The notes under the pieces are model-generated. The model saw nothing but the letters and a program-made list of their open reading frames with translations, was not told the origin of the DNA and made no database searches. Positions 8,230 through 17,771 of a stretch of DNA of 64,000 nucleotides are shown here, piece after piece (the stretch's first letter is position 1; each line of letters begins with the position of its first letter). A program made the translations under genes and the position numbers. This DNA comes from Gemmatimonadota bacterium (GTDB lineage: Bacteria; Gemmatimonadota; Gemmatimonadetes; Gemmatimonadales; GWC2-71-9): positions 15,814 to 79,813 of the forward strand of contig QHTK01000053.1 in the NCBI GenBank assembly GCA_003220795.1, in the 5' to 3' direction.

Positions 8230-9489
8230 ATGGCTGGTAGACGAGACTTTCTCCGCCGCTTGGCCGTGCTGGCGGCACCCCCGGGGTCGTGGCGCATTGT
8301 AGGGGCGCAGCATGCTGCGCCCCTACGGATAACGGGCGTGTCCCCGGAGCCAACCGATCGCCAGTATTGGCTCGACGTGCTGACGCGCCTGGCGCAGCCG
8401 GTGCTGACGAACCTCGCGGAAGGACGGCTGCGCCAGCGGATGCCGGTGGAAATCGCGCCCGCCGGCAAGCCGGAGCGCGGTGAGTACACGCATCTCGAGG
8501 CCGTGGGGCGGCTCTTCACGGGGATCGCGCCGTGGCTGGAGCTGGGCAGCGACCCGTCGCCCGAGGGCGAGCAGCGGCGGCAGTACGCCGACCTGGCGCG
8601 GCGCGGCCTCCGTGCGGCAACCGACCCGCGCTCTCCCGACTTTCTGAACTTCGCCCGCGGCCGGCAGCCGCTCGTCGACGCGGCGTTCCTGGCGCACGCG
8701 ATCGTTCGCGCGCCGCGCGAGCTGTGGCAACGGCTCGATGGTGAGACGCAGCGCAATGTGGTCGCCGCGCTCAACTCGACGCATGGCATCCGGCCGTCGC
8801 TCTCCAACTGGCTGATGTTCAGCGCGATGATCGAAGCCGCGCTGAGCATGATGGGGGAGGAGTGGGACCGCACGCGCGTGGACTATGCCCTCACCCAGCA
8901 CGAGCAGTGGTACAAGGGGGACGGGGTGTACGGGGACGGGCCGACGTTTCACTGGGACTACTACAACAGCTTCGTGATCCAGCCGATGCTGCTCGACGTG
9001 CTCCGCCTGGTTGGGCCCACGACCCCGGCGTGGCAGAGACTCATCGACCCGGTGCTGCAGCGAGCGCGCCGCTATGCCGCCATTCAGGAGCGCATGATCT
9101 CGCCCGAAGGCACGTTCCCACCGATCGGTCGCTCCCTCGCCTACCGCTTCGGGGCGTTCCAGCTGCTCGGCCAGATGGCGTTGCGGCGCCAGTTGCCCGA
9201 GGGCGTGACTCCGGCGCAGGTGCGCAGCGGATTGACGGCGGTGATACACCGGATGATCGAGGCGCCCGGCACGTTCGACGCCCAGGGGTGGCTCACCATC
9301 GGCTTCTGCGGGCACCAGCCGAGCATCGGCGAAGGCTACATCTCGACCGGGAGCGCATACCTCTGCGCGGCCGGCCTGCTCCCGCTCGGACTGCCTGCGA
9401 CGGACGAGTTCTGGACGGCTGCCCCCGCGGACTGGACGGCCCGGAAGGCCTGGCGTGGCGAGAATGTGACCCCGGACCACGCGATCTGA
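8230..9489 (+). CDS. DUF2264 domain-containing protein with Tat-type signal
   Basis: ATG 8230. N-terminal MAGRRDFLRRLAVLAAPPGS is a twin-arginine motif. The body (YWLDVLTRLAQPVL.., HLEAVGRLFTGIAPWLE.., WDYYNSFVIQPMLLDVL) is DUF2264-like. Codons 24-33 are encoded by the 28-bp palindrome. Confidence 0.65.
   Translation: MAGRRDFLRRLAVLAAPPGSWRIVGAQHAAPLRITGVSPEPTDRQYWLDVLTRLAQPVLTNLAEGRLRQRMPVEIAPAGKPERGEYTHLEAVGRLFTGIAPWLELGSDPSPEGEQRRQYADLARRGLRAATDPRSPDFLNFARGRQPLVDAAFLAHAIVRAPRELWQRLDGETQRNVVAALNSTHGIRPSLSNWLMFSAMIEAALSMMGEEWDRTRVDYALTQHEQWYKGDGVYGDGPTFHWDYYNSFVIQPMLLDVLRLVGPTTPAWQRLIDPVLQRARRYAAIQERMISPEGTFPPIGRSLAYRFGAFQLLGQMALRRQLPEGVTPAQVRSGLTAVIHRMIEAPGTFDAQGWLTIGFCGHQPSIGEGYISTGSAYLCAAGLLPLGLPATDEFWTAAPADWTARKAWRGENVTPDHAI
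8299..8326. repeat. 28-bp perfect palindrome GTAGGGGCGCAGCATGCTGCGCCCCTAC (copy 2, identical)
   Basis: Read directly in the sequence. It is identical to 4985-5012 and lies 69 nt downstream of the DUF2264 ATG. Confidence 0.95.
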
Positions 9490-9492
9490 CCC

Positions 9493-11721
9493 ATGATCCT
9501 GTGTCTCACGCTCCTCACGCTGCAGACGCCTGCGGCACGCGCGGCTCCCGTGGCCCGGGTCGATTGGCCCGTGTTTCTCGCGCGCCACGATCTGGTGTGG
9601 GACCGTCTCCCCACGCGATGGGGCGAGAGCGCGTTCATCGGCAACGGGCGCCTCGGTGCCACGATCGACGCGCCAGGAGGGGTGCTCGGCTGGACCATCA
9701 ACCGCACGGACTTCGTGCACGACCAATCACGGTTCCCGATCGGGCGCGTTGTGGTGAAGACGACCGGAACGGTGCAGAGGGGCGACGCGCGCTTGACGCT
9801 GTGGGACGCCGAGGCGAGCGGGACGGTCACCACGGACCGGGGCGAGGTGCGCTGGCGCAGCTTCACCACGGCTCAGCCGTCGGTGATCGTCCTGGTGCTC
9901 GAGGCACGGGGCGGCGAGCGCGGGGGCGACGTGGACCTGGACTGGGCGCCGGCCGAGGCTCGGCCGCCGCGCAAGGTGGCCCGCAAGGAAGCCTTCGCAC
10001 CGGAGGACCTGCACCCGCCGCCGACCGTCACTCGCTCGCCGACGGGCCTCACGAGCGTGCAGACGTTCATCGGCGGTGGTGCCCACGCCGAGTCGATCAG
10101 GCGAACCAGCGGGGGGGTGTTCTACATCAGCATCGGTCAGGGCCGCACCGACCGCGAAGCGCTCGCCGAGGCTCGCGCGGCGACGAGCGAGGCGGCCCGG
10201 CTGGGAGTCGCGAGACTGACTGCGGCGCACCGCAAGTGGTGGCACGCCTACTATCCGGCGAGCTTCCTCACGTTCCCGGACGCCCGCCTCGAGGCGTACT
10301 ACTGGATTCAGATCTACAAGCTCGGCTCCGCGATGCGACCGGATGGGCCGATCCTGGACCTGAACGGTCCCTGGTTCAACGCCACGCCGTGGCCCGCCAT
10401 CTGGTGGAATCTCAACATCCAGCTCACCTACTCGCCGTTGTTCCGCGCGAATCGGCTTGACCTCGCCGAATCGCTGTTCCGCCATCTCGATCGGAATCGG
10501 CAAGCCCTCATCGACAACGTCCCCGAGCGGCTGCGCGACGCGGCGGCGGCGATCGGTCGCAGTTCGGGCCCCGACCTGGTCCGACCCGTCGACCTGGCCA
10601 CGGCGCAGAGCGACGCCGCCCACGAGATGGGGGACCTGCCGTGGACTCTGTACTACTACTGGCTCCATTACCGCTACCAGATGGACGATCGCCTACTCCG
10701 CGAGCGCGTCTATCCGCTGCTCAAACTGGCGATCGGGAATTACCTCGCGTACGTCGAGCGCGGCGACGATGGGCGCTGGCATCTGCCGCCGACGCACTCA
10801 CCCGAGCTGGCCACGGTGTCGGACGCGAATTACGATCTCGCGCTGCTCAAGTGGGGACTCGAGACATTGATCGCCAGCGCCGAGCGCTTCGGGCCCGCCG
10901 AACCGCTGCTGCCTCGCTGGCGCGATGTGCTCGCCAACCTCGCGCCGTTTCCCACGGACTCCGCGGGGCTGATGGTCGGGCGTGGCCGGCCGTGGCAGCA
11001 ATCGCACCGCCACTACTCGCACCTGCTGGCGATCTACCCGCTGCGCCTCATCACGCCCGACCGTCCCGATGAGCGGGCACTGATCGAGACATCGCTTGCA
11101 ACCTGGGAGCGCGACATCTCGCTGTTCCGCGGCTACTCGTTCACGGGCGGCGCGGCGATGCACGCGCTGCTCGGCCACGGCGACGTCGCCGTGACGCGTC
11201 TGAACCAGTATCTCGATGCGCCACGCTACATGGAGCCGAACACCTTCTACGCGGAGGCGGGTCCTGTCATCGAGACGCCGCTCTCGGCCGCCGCGTCGAT
11301 TCAGGAGCTGTTCTTACAGGATTGGGGCGGTGCGCTGCGCGTCTTCCCTGCGGTCCCGGGCGCGTGGTCAGACGCCGCCTTCGACCGGCTGCGGGCGGAC
11401 GGGGCGTTTCTCGTCAGCGCGGTGCGGCGCGGCGGCCGGACCGCGTGGGTTCGCATCGAGAGTCTCGCGGGTCAGCCGTGCCGGCTCGTCGTGGCCGATT
11501 GGGATGCTGCGGTGGTGCGCGCCCACGCGGGTCCGGGTCCGGCTCCGCAGCTGACGAAGCGGACCGCGGGCGAGTTCGTCATCGACCTGCGCAAGGGCGC
11601 ATCGGTGGTGCTCGCGCCCGACGTCAGGACATCGCTACCCGACGTCAGCCCTGTCCCGCTGCCGCCATCCGATCACAACCCGTGGCCGGCGCTCAGGGCG
11701 GACAGCAGCGCCGCGCGGTAA
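9493..11721 (+). CDS. six-hairpin glycoside hydrolase, GH95-like
   Basis: 742 aa with a signal-like N-terminus. GH95-reminiscent motifs are FIGNGRLGATI, IWWNLNIQLTYSPLF (NxN), RHYSHLLAIYPL and IQELFLQDWGGALRVFPAVPGAW..GAFLVSA. Family assignment is by eye only. Confidence 0.55.
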   Translation: MILCLTLLTLQTPAARAAPVARVDWPVFLARHDLVWDRLPTRWGESAFIGNGRLGATIDAPGGVLGWTINRTDFVHDQSRFPIGRVVVKTTGTVQRGDARLTLWDAEASGTVTTDRGEVRWRSFTTAQPSVIVLVLEARGGERGGDVDLDWAPAEARPPRKVARKEAFAPEDLHPPPTVTRSPTGLTSVQTFIGGGAHAESIRRTSGGVFYISIGQGRTDREALAEARAATSEAARLGVARLTAAHRKWWHAYYPASFLTFPDARLEAYYWIQIYKLGSAMRPDGPILDLNGPWFNATPWPAIWWNLNIQLTYSPLFRANRLDLAESLFRHLDRNRQALIDNVPERLRDAAAAIGRSSGPDLVRPVDLATAQSDAAHEMGDLPWTLYYYWLHYRYQMDDRLLRERVYPLLKLAIGNYLAYVERGDDGRWHLPPTHSPELATVSDANYDLALLKWGLETLIASAERFGPAEPLLPRWRDVLANLAPFPTDSAGLMVGRGRPWQQSHRHYSHLLAIYPLRLITPDRPDERALIETSLATWERDISLFRGYSFTGGAAMHALLGHGDVAVTRLNQYLDAPRYMEPNTFYAEAGPVIETPLSAAASIQELFLQDWGGALRVFPAVPGAWSDAAFDRLRADGAFLVSAVRRGGRTAWVRIESLAGQPCRLVVADWDAAVVRAHAGPGPAPQLTKRTAGEFVIDLRKGASVVLAPDVRTSLPDVSPVPLPPSDHNPWPALRADSSAAR

Positions 11722-11731
11722 TCGCCGACCC

Positions 11732-13024
11732 TCAGCCCACTTCCGGAGCGGCGTAGACCGGCGCCGCGACGAGCGCGATGGCCCCGCGCAGACGGGGCAA
11801 GCTCCCCGCCGGTTCAGGGACCACCGGCGTACCCGCGGCCTCGCGGGTGAGTGCCCGTCTCGCGATTTCGGCCCGGATGGCGGGCTCGACGAGATCCCAG
11901 GCGCCGGTGATCTCGCCGCCGATGACGATCTGCGCGGGATTGAGCGCGTTGACGATCGCCGCGAGGCCGAGCCCGAGATAACGGCCCGTTTCCGTCAGTG
12001 CGGCGCGGGCCCGCTCATCGCCGGCGCCGGCGCGGACGATGACGTCATCCATGGTGATGCCGTCTTGTGGGAACAGCGGCGGGGCGACGGCAGGCGATTG
12101 CTCGTGCCCGACGTAGCGCGCGACCGTGGCGAGGTTCGAAGTGTGGGCCTCGAGACAGCCCTGCGCTCCGCACACGCAGCGCGGGCCGTCGGGGCCGATG
12201 GGGATGTGCCCGAACTCGCCCGCCGTGTGACCGTGACCCCGAACCAGCTCACCGTTCACCACCACCCCTGTGCCCACGCCGTCCGACACCGTCACATAGA
12301 CGAAATCGCGGACCCCGTTCCCCCCCTCTCCCGGGCCGAGCCAGATGTGCGCGAGCGCGCAGGCCGCCCCGGAATTCTCGACGTGCACCGGCAGCCCGGT
12401 GCGCTCCGCCAGGCCGCTGCGGATCTGCACGTCGCGCCAGCCTAGCTGGGGGGCGTTCAGCACCCGACCGCGCCGGTCTACCATCCCGGGGACGACCATC
12501 CCAATCCCCTCGCAGTGTCCCCCCGTCGCCCGGGTTCGGAGCAGGCGGCGAACCCGGATCGCGAGTTCGTCCAGGAGCTGGTCCGGGTTGAAGATGGTCG
12601 CAAAGCTCTCGAGCGCCATCTCGTTCCCGCCGAAGTCCGAGAGCAACACATACGTCCGGCTGAAACGGATGTCGATCGCCACGACAAGCCGATCCCGGGT
12701 CCGCACGTGCAGCATCTTCGGCCTGCGACCCCGTGGGACATCGGCGAGCGCGCCCTCGTAGACCGCGCCTTCTGCCAGCAGCTCCTTGACCAGAGTGGTC
12801 ACCATGCCACGTCCCACCGCCATGCGGCGGGCGAGATCGGCCCGCGAGATCGGCTGCAGCTCGCGCACGAGATTCAGCAGAATCAGCCGGTTGATCTGTC
12901 GGGACGTGGAGCGTGTGGCGCGGCTGAAGTCCCGCGTGTTGATCGTTCTCACGATGGTCTGGCTCGGCTCCGGGTCGGGGTGTGGCGTTCTTGCCCCACC
13001 TTGGCGCGCACCTTGCGCACGCAT
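11732..13024 (-). CDS. ROK family transcriptional regulator
   Basis: N-terminal HTH region (INRLILLNLVRELQPISRADLARRMAVGRGMVTTLVKELLAEG). ROK sugar-kinase-like body with the zinc motif GHTAGEFGHIPIGPDGPRCVCGAQGCLE. Start is ATG 13024, or alternatively GTG 12952 giving 406 aa. Confidence 0.85.
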   Translation of the reverse strand: MRAQGARQGGARTPHPDPEPSQTIVRTINTRDFSRATRSTSRQINRLILLNLVRELQPISRADLARRMAVGRGMVTTLVKELLAEGAVYEGALADVPRGRRPKMLHVRTRDRLVVAIDIRFSRTYVLLSDFGGNEMALESFATIFNPDQLLDELAIRVRRLLRTRATGGHCEGIGMVVPGMVDRRGRVLNAPQLGWRDVQIRSGLAERTGLPVHVENSGAACALAHIWLGPGEGGNGVRDFVYVTVSDGVGTGVVVNGELVRGHGHTAGEFGHIPIGPDGPRCVCGAQGCLEAHTSNLATVARYVGHEQSPAVAPPLFPQDGITMDDVIVRAGAGDERARAALTETGRYLGLGLAAIVNALNPAQIVIGGEITGAWDLVEPAIRAEIARRALTREAAGTPVVPEPAGSLPRLRGAIALVAAPVYAAPEVG

Positions 13025-13046
13025 CGGGGGTGCCGCCGGGACTTTA

Positions 13047-13061
13047 GTTCGATCGACGAAC
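13047..13061. promoter_or_regulatory. candidate operator (imperfect palindrome GTTCGATCGACGAAC) in the ROK / SusC divergent region
   Basis: GTTCG..CGAAC arms around a TCGATCGA core. It lies in the roughly 180-bp gap between the ROK start (13024) and the SusC start (13206). No binding data exist. Confidence 0.2.
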
Positions 13062-13205
13062 AAGAGAGGCAAGCGCGTGCGTTGGACAGGAACGGGTTGC
13101 CCGTAGCGAACTGTCGGCGCCGCTGAGCGCGTCGTCCTCCGCTCACCATCGCGCGCACGCCGCATCTGTTGTGGCCGCGCCTCGGACCCATTCGGAGCGT
13201 TGCGC

Positions 13206-16200
13206 ATGAGAACAATTCGTGTCTGTCTGATCGGCTGCGCCGCGTTGCTCGCGGCGGCCGGGGGCGCCACGGCCCAGGATTCCAGCGGCGCGATCGCGGG
13301 CGTGGTGCGGGCGCGCGATACGGGGACCCCGGTGGCCCGTGTCGGCGTCAGCGTGGTCGGGACGCGCCTCACCGCTGAGTCCGACGGGGAGGGCCGGTAT
13401 ACCATTTCCGCCGTGCCGCCGGGGACCTACCACCTCCGGGCTCGGCTCCTGGGTTATGCCGCCGGAGACACGACGATCGTCGTGCAGGTCGGGCAACGGG
13501 TCAGCGCCGACTTCCGGCTCCAACCGAGCGCGATCGAGTTGAACCCGGTGGTGGCCGTGGGCTACGGCACGCAGCGGAAAGCGGACCTGACGGGCTCGGT
13601 CTCCTCGGTCACCGGGCCGGAAATCGCGACGAATCCGGTAGACCGGGCCGACCAAGCCCTCGCCGGTCGGGTGCCCGGGATGCAGGTGCAGACCACGAAC
13701 GCACAGCCCGGCTCAGAGCTGCGCATCCGACTGCGCGGGGGGAATTCGCTGTCGGGGGACAACTCGCCGCTCGTCGTGATCGACGGCGTCATCGGCGCGG
13801 ACTTGAGCCTGATCAATCCGAGTGACATCGAGACGTTCGACGTCCTGAAGGACGCCTCGGCCACGGCAATCTACGGCGCACGCGGGGCCAACGGCGTCAT
13901 CCTCGTGACGACCAAGCGGGGTCAGGGACCGTTCCACTTCGACTACTCCACGTACATCGGCGCGCAGGACGTGAGCAAGCACATCGCCGTCCTCAACGCC
14001 GATCAGTTCGCGCTGCTGTACATGCGCAACCCGAACCACGACAAGAGCGTCAAGCTGGACACGCTGACCCACCTATCGACCACGGACTGGCAGGACGTGG
14101 TCTATCGATCCGCCCCGATTCAAAACCACCAGATCCAAGTCAGCGGCTCGAGCGGCGCCAGCAGCCTGTTGCTCTCCGCCAACTGGTTCGACCAGCAGGG
14201 GGTGTTGCTCGGCTCCGACCTCACGCGCGGGTCGTTGCGCTTCAACCTCGACCAGGGCCTGGGCGCGCGATTTCGGCTGGGAACGCGTGTGACCTACACG
14301 CGTACGGTAGGGAGCCAGGCTCGGGTCAACAGCGGGTATGGCTCGGGTGGCGGACCCGTGACGATGCAGGCACTCCGCTTCGCGCCCACGATCCCGGTGC
14401 GCGATTCCACCGGCAACTTCAGCGGCCCGCTCCTGCCCAGCGCGAACGACAACCCGATGGCGATCATTGAGCTGCGCCAGGACAACACCACCACCGGGTA
14501 CGGGATCGGGACCCTGTTCGGGGAATACGACCCGCTGCCGGGCCTCACCTTGCGAACCAGCCTGTCGTACACCTCCAGCGATGTCCTCGAGCAGCAGTAC
14601 GTCTCCCGCAAGCTGCAGGCCTCCCTGAACCTGGGGCAGGCGAACATCGACGACAACACCGCTACCACGTGGTTGGTCGAGAACACGGCGACGTTGCATC
14701 GCGCGCTGGGGAGGCAGCACGACCTCACGCTGCTGGGCGGCTTCACGGCGCAACAGACGGACAACGGGGCGAACAGCGCGCAAGGTGTCGGCTTCACGAG
14801 CGACTTGCTGGGCTACCGGCGGTTGAACCTCGCGGACCAGGTGACCGGGAGCTCGAACGCGACGCGCCAACGGGTGCTCTCGTACCTCGGTCGCGTGAAC
14901 TACAGCCTGGCGGGAAAGTACCTGGTGACGGGCACGGTCCGGGCCGACGGCTCCTCCAAGTTCGCGGCGAACAACAAGTGGGCGGTCTTCCCCTCTGCCG
15001 CGGTGGCGTGGCGCCTCAGCGACGAGCCGTTCCTGCGCCGGCTCATCCCCGCCGTGAGCGAGCTGAAGCTGCGCCTGAGCGCGGGTAGCACCGGGAGCAA
15101 CGCCATCCCGACGTACCAGTCCCTGGCCGCGTGGAACGTGGGTGCGCCCTATGCGATCGGCCCGACGGCGTTCTTCAACGGCGCCACCCTCAGCCGCATC
15201 ACCAACCCCAACCTGCGTTGGGAAACGACGGTTCAATACGACGCGGGCGTGGACCTCGGCCTGTTCGGCAACCAGCTGACCGTCACGGCCGACGCGTACG
15301 ACAAGACGACCAAGGACCTGCTGTACGCGAAGCAGGTGCCGTACCTCCTGGGGTTCGCGAGCTACGTCACCAACATCGGGAGAGTGCGGAACCGCGGCCT
15401 GGAGCTCGCGGTCGACACACGTTCCGCCAGCCGTGGTCTCGAGGTGCGCCTGGGCGGCAATGTGTCGCTCAATCGCAGCAAAGTGCTCGATCTGGGAGGA
15501 GACCGGCAGTTCTTCCTCACGGGGTCGAACACCTCACTCCCGAGGTGGGAGAACGACGTGATCGTGCAGGTGGGTCAGCCCCTCGGCAATTTTTACGGCT
15601 ACGTGTGGGACGGAATCTTCCAGAGCTCGGCCGAGGCTGCCGCCAGCGGCCAGGCGGGCGCGGTCGTCGGAGGCGACAAGTTGAGAGACGTGAACGGCGA
15701 CCGAAAGATCGACAGCAACGACCAAACCATCCTCGGCAATGCACAGCCGCGCTATCTGTTCGGCCTTACCGGCTCCGTAACCTACGATCGATTCTCGCTC
15801 AGCGTCCTGGTGCGCGGGGCCCTCGACTTCCAGGTGGTCAACGTGAGCCGCGCGGGGATGGAAACGCCCGGTGGCTCGAGCAACATGCTCACGTCGGTGC
15901 TGGGCTACTGGACGACGACCAACCCGAGTAACTCGATGACGGCGCTCAACGTCTCGCCGTTCGACGGATTGACCTCGCGCTGGGTCGAGGACGGCTCGTT
16001 CGTCCGCCTCCAGAACGTCACCGTGCAATGGGACGTGCCGGAGCGGCTCGGCGCGCGCGTGGGGGTGCGGCGGCTCCGCCTCTACCTGAGCGGGCAAAAC
16101 CTCCTCACCGCCAGCCGCTACTCGTGGTACGACCCCGAGGTGAGCTCACGCGGGACGAGCGACCTCACGCTCGGTTGGGACGACTCCAACTATCCCGGCA

Positions 16201-16238
16201 CGAAGACCGTCACCGTCGGCGCCAGCGTCGGCTTCTAG
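13206..16238 (+). CDS. SusC/RagA family TonB-linked outer membrane protein
   Basis: ATG 13206 with signal peptide MRTIRVCLIGCAALLAAAGGATAQD. A carboxypeptidase-regulatory-like domain (GVVRARDTGTPVARVGVSVVGT..GRYTISAVPPGTYHLRA) is followed by the plug start ELNPVVAVGYGTQRKADLTGSVSSV. About 1010 aa, ending in an aromatic residue (..ASVGF). Confidence 0.9.
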   Translation: MRTIRVCLIGCAALLAAAGGATAQDSSGAIAGVVRARDTGTPVARVGVSVVGTRLTAESDGEGRYTISAVPPGTYHLRARLLGYAAGDTTIVVQVGQRVSADFRLQPSAIELNPVVAVGYGTQRKADLTGSVSSVTGPEIATNPVDRADQALAGRVPGMQVQTTNAQPGSELRIRLRGGNSLSGDNSPLVVIDGVIGADLSLINPSDIETFDVLKDASATAIYGARGANGVILVTTKRGQGPFHFDYSTYIGAQDVSKHIAVLNADQFALLYMRNPNHDKSVKLDTLTHLSTTDWQDVVYRSAPIQNHQIQVSGSSGASSLLLSANWFDQQGVLLGSDLTRGSLRFNLDQGLGARFRLGTRVTYTRTVGSQARVNSGYGSGGGPVTMQALRFAPTIPVRDSTGNFSGPLLPSANDNPMAIIELRQDNTTTGYGIGTLFGEYDPLPGLTLRTSLSYTSSDVLEQQYVSRKLQASLNLGQANIDDNTATTWLVENTATLHRALGRQHDLTLLGGFTAQQTDNGANSAQGVGFTSDLLGYRRLNLADQVTGSSNATRQRVLSYLGRVNYSLAGKYLVTGTVRADGSSKFAANNKWAVFPSAAVAWRLSDEPFLRRLIPAVSELKLRLSAGSTGSNAIPTYQSLAAWNVGAPYAIGPTAFFNGATLSRITNPNLRWETTVQYDAGVDLGLFGNQLTVTADAYDKTTKDLLYAKQVPYLLGFASYVTNIGRVRNRGLELAVDTRSASRGLEVRLGGNVSLNRSKVLDLGGDRQFFLTGSNTSLPRWENDVIVQVGQPLGNFYGYVWDGIFQSSAEAAASGQAGAVVGGDKLRDVNGDRKIDSNDQTILGNAQPRYLFGLTGSVTYDRFSLSVLVRGALDFQVVNVSRAGMETPGGSSNMLTSVLGYWTTTNPSNSMTALNVSPFDGLTSRWVEDGSFVRLQNVTVQWDVPERLGARVGVRRLRLYLSGQNLLTASRYSWYDPEVSSRGTSDLTLGWDDSNYPGTKTVTVGASVGF

Positions 16239-16246
16239 GAGGGCGC

Positions 16247-17749
16247 ATGATCCTTAGGACACTCTCGCTCGCTGTGATCGCCCTGACGCTCGGAGGCTGC
16301 CGCGGCTGGCTCGTGGAGGAGCCCCAGAGCTTTTTCACGCCGGACGATTTTCCCACCACCGAGGCCGACCTGAAGATCGCCCTTGGCGGGATCGACGACT
16401 GGTACACGGGCGGCCAGAGTCAGGCGTACTTCCACCGTGGCTGGCCGATGATCACCGAGGTGCCGTCGGACCAGACCGTGGCGCAAAGCGCGAGCGACTC
16501 GCGCTACGCTCAGGACAGCTACACCCTGAACGCCTCGAACGAATGGCTGTGGCGCGTCTGGCGACAGATCTACGGCGCCATCAACCAGGCGAACGTGCTC
16601 ATCGCGCGCATCCCCCAGATGGATCAGGTGTCGCAGAGCGTGAGGGACCGCTACCTGGGCGCCGTCAAATTCCATCGCGCGTTCAACCACTTCAACGCGG
16701 TGCGGGTCTGGGGCAGCGTCCCCCTGATGATGCGGCCGACCGCGGAGTTCGCCACGGCCACGCAGATCACCCGGGCGCCGACCGCGGAGATCTACGATTC
16801 GATCGCGCGGGATCTCGCGGACGCGGCCACCCTGCTGCCCCTCCGCTGGCCCGACTCGTCGACCCCGGATGACGGCCGGCCCACCCGCGGCGCCGCGACT
16901 GCGATGCTGGCGGACGTCTACCTGAACATGTCGGGGGCCATCGTCCAGCAGAACCACTGGGCGGAGGCCGCCGCCGCGGCCAAGGCGGTGATCGACAGCA
17001 AGGCGTACACCCTCGTCCCCAACTTTGCCGACCTGTGGCTGATCAAGAACAAGAACGGCCCCGAGCACATCTACTCGATCCAGTTCGGCGGGCTCAAACG
17101 CAACCTCTTCACGAGCCAGTCGCGGCCCTCAGGAATCGGGGTGGAGTCGGGCATCAACTACTGGTACTCGACCCCCGACTTCATGGCCACGTTCTCCGAC
17201 TCCGACGCGCGCAAGAAGACCACCTTCCTCACGCAGGTGACGGTCGGCACCACGACATACCGGTACGACACGCTACCCGGTTTCTTCGGCGACAAGCGGC
17301 CGCGCTTTCCGAAACCGATGCCGTACTACGGCAAGTTCTACGACGCCAACGGCTCGATCGCCAACAACAATGGGCGCACCGACCTGAACTGGCCGATCTA
17401 TCGCTACGCCGACGTGCTGCTGATGTTCGCCGAGGCGGAGAACGAGGCCAACGGGCCGACGCCCGACGCGTACGGCGCGATCAATCAGGTGCGGGCTCGT
17501 GCCAAGCTGGCGCCGCTGGCCGGTCTGAGTCAGGACCAGTTCCGGGATTCGGTGCACCGGGAGCGCAGCTGGGAGCTGGCCTTCGAGTCGAAGCGGTTGT
17601 TCGACCTGAAGCGCTGGGGCAGCTTCTACGCCGTGCTGAGCCAGGACCCCGTAGCGAAGATCGGCCTTCAGCCCTTCATGGTGTTCCTCCCGATCCCGCA
17701 GCGGGAGATCGATCTCGACCCCGGGCTGGGACAGAACACAGGGTGGTAG
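16247..17749 (+). CDS. RagB/SusD family nutrient uptake outer membrane lipoprotein
   Basis: ATG 16247 preceded by AGGAGG. Lipoprotein signal MILRTLSLAVIALTLGGC. SusD-like segments are RVWRQIYGAINQANVLI, YLGAVKFHRAFNHFNAVRVWGSVPL and RYADVLLMFAEAENE. It lies immediately after SusC. Confidence 0.9.
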   Translation: MILRTLSLAVIALTLGGCRGWLVEEPQSFFTPDDFPTTEADLKIALGGIDDWYTGGQSQAYFHRGWPMITEVPSDQTVAQSASDSRYAQDSYTLNASNEWLWRVWRQIYGAINQANVLIARIPQMDQVSQSVRDRYLGAVKFHRAFNHFNAVRVWGSVPLMMRPTAEFATATQITRAPTAEIYDSIARDLADAATLLPLRWPDSSTPDDGRPTRGAATAMLADVYLNMSGAIVQQNHWAEAAAAAKAVIDSKAYTLVPNFADLWLIKNKNGPEHIYSIQFGGLKRNLFTSQSRPSGIGVESGINYWYSTPDFMATFSDSDARKKTTFLTQVTVGTTTYRYDTLPGFFGDKRPRFPKPMPYYGKFYDANGSIANNNGRTDLNWPIYRYADVLLMFAEAENEANGPTPDAYGAINQVRARAKLAPLAGLSQDQFRDSVHRERSWELAFESKRLFDLKRWGSFYAVLSQDPVAKIGLQPFMVFLPIPQREIDLDPGLGQNTGW

Positions 17750-17771
17750 GACCGCGCCGCGGGATGCGCTG

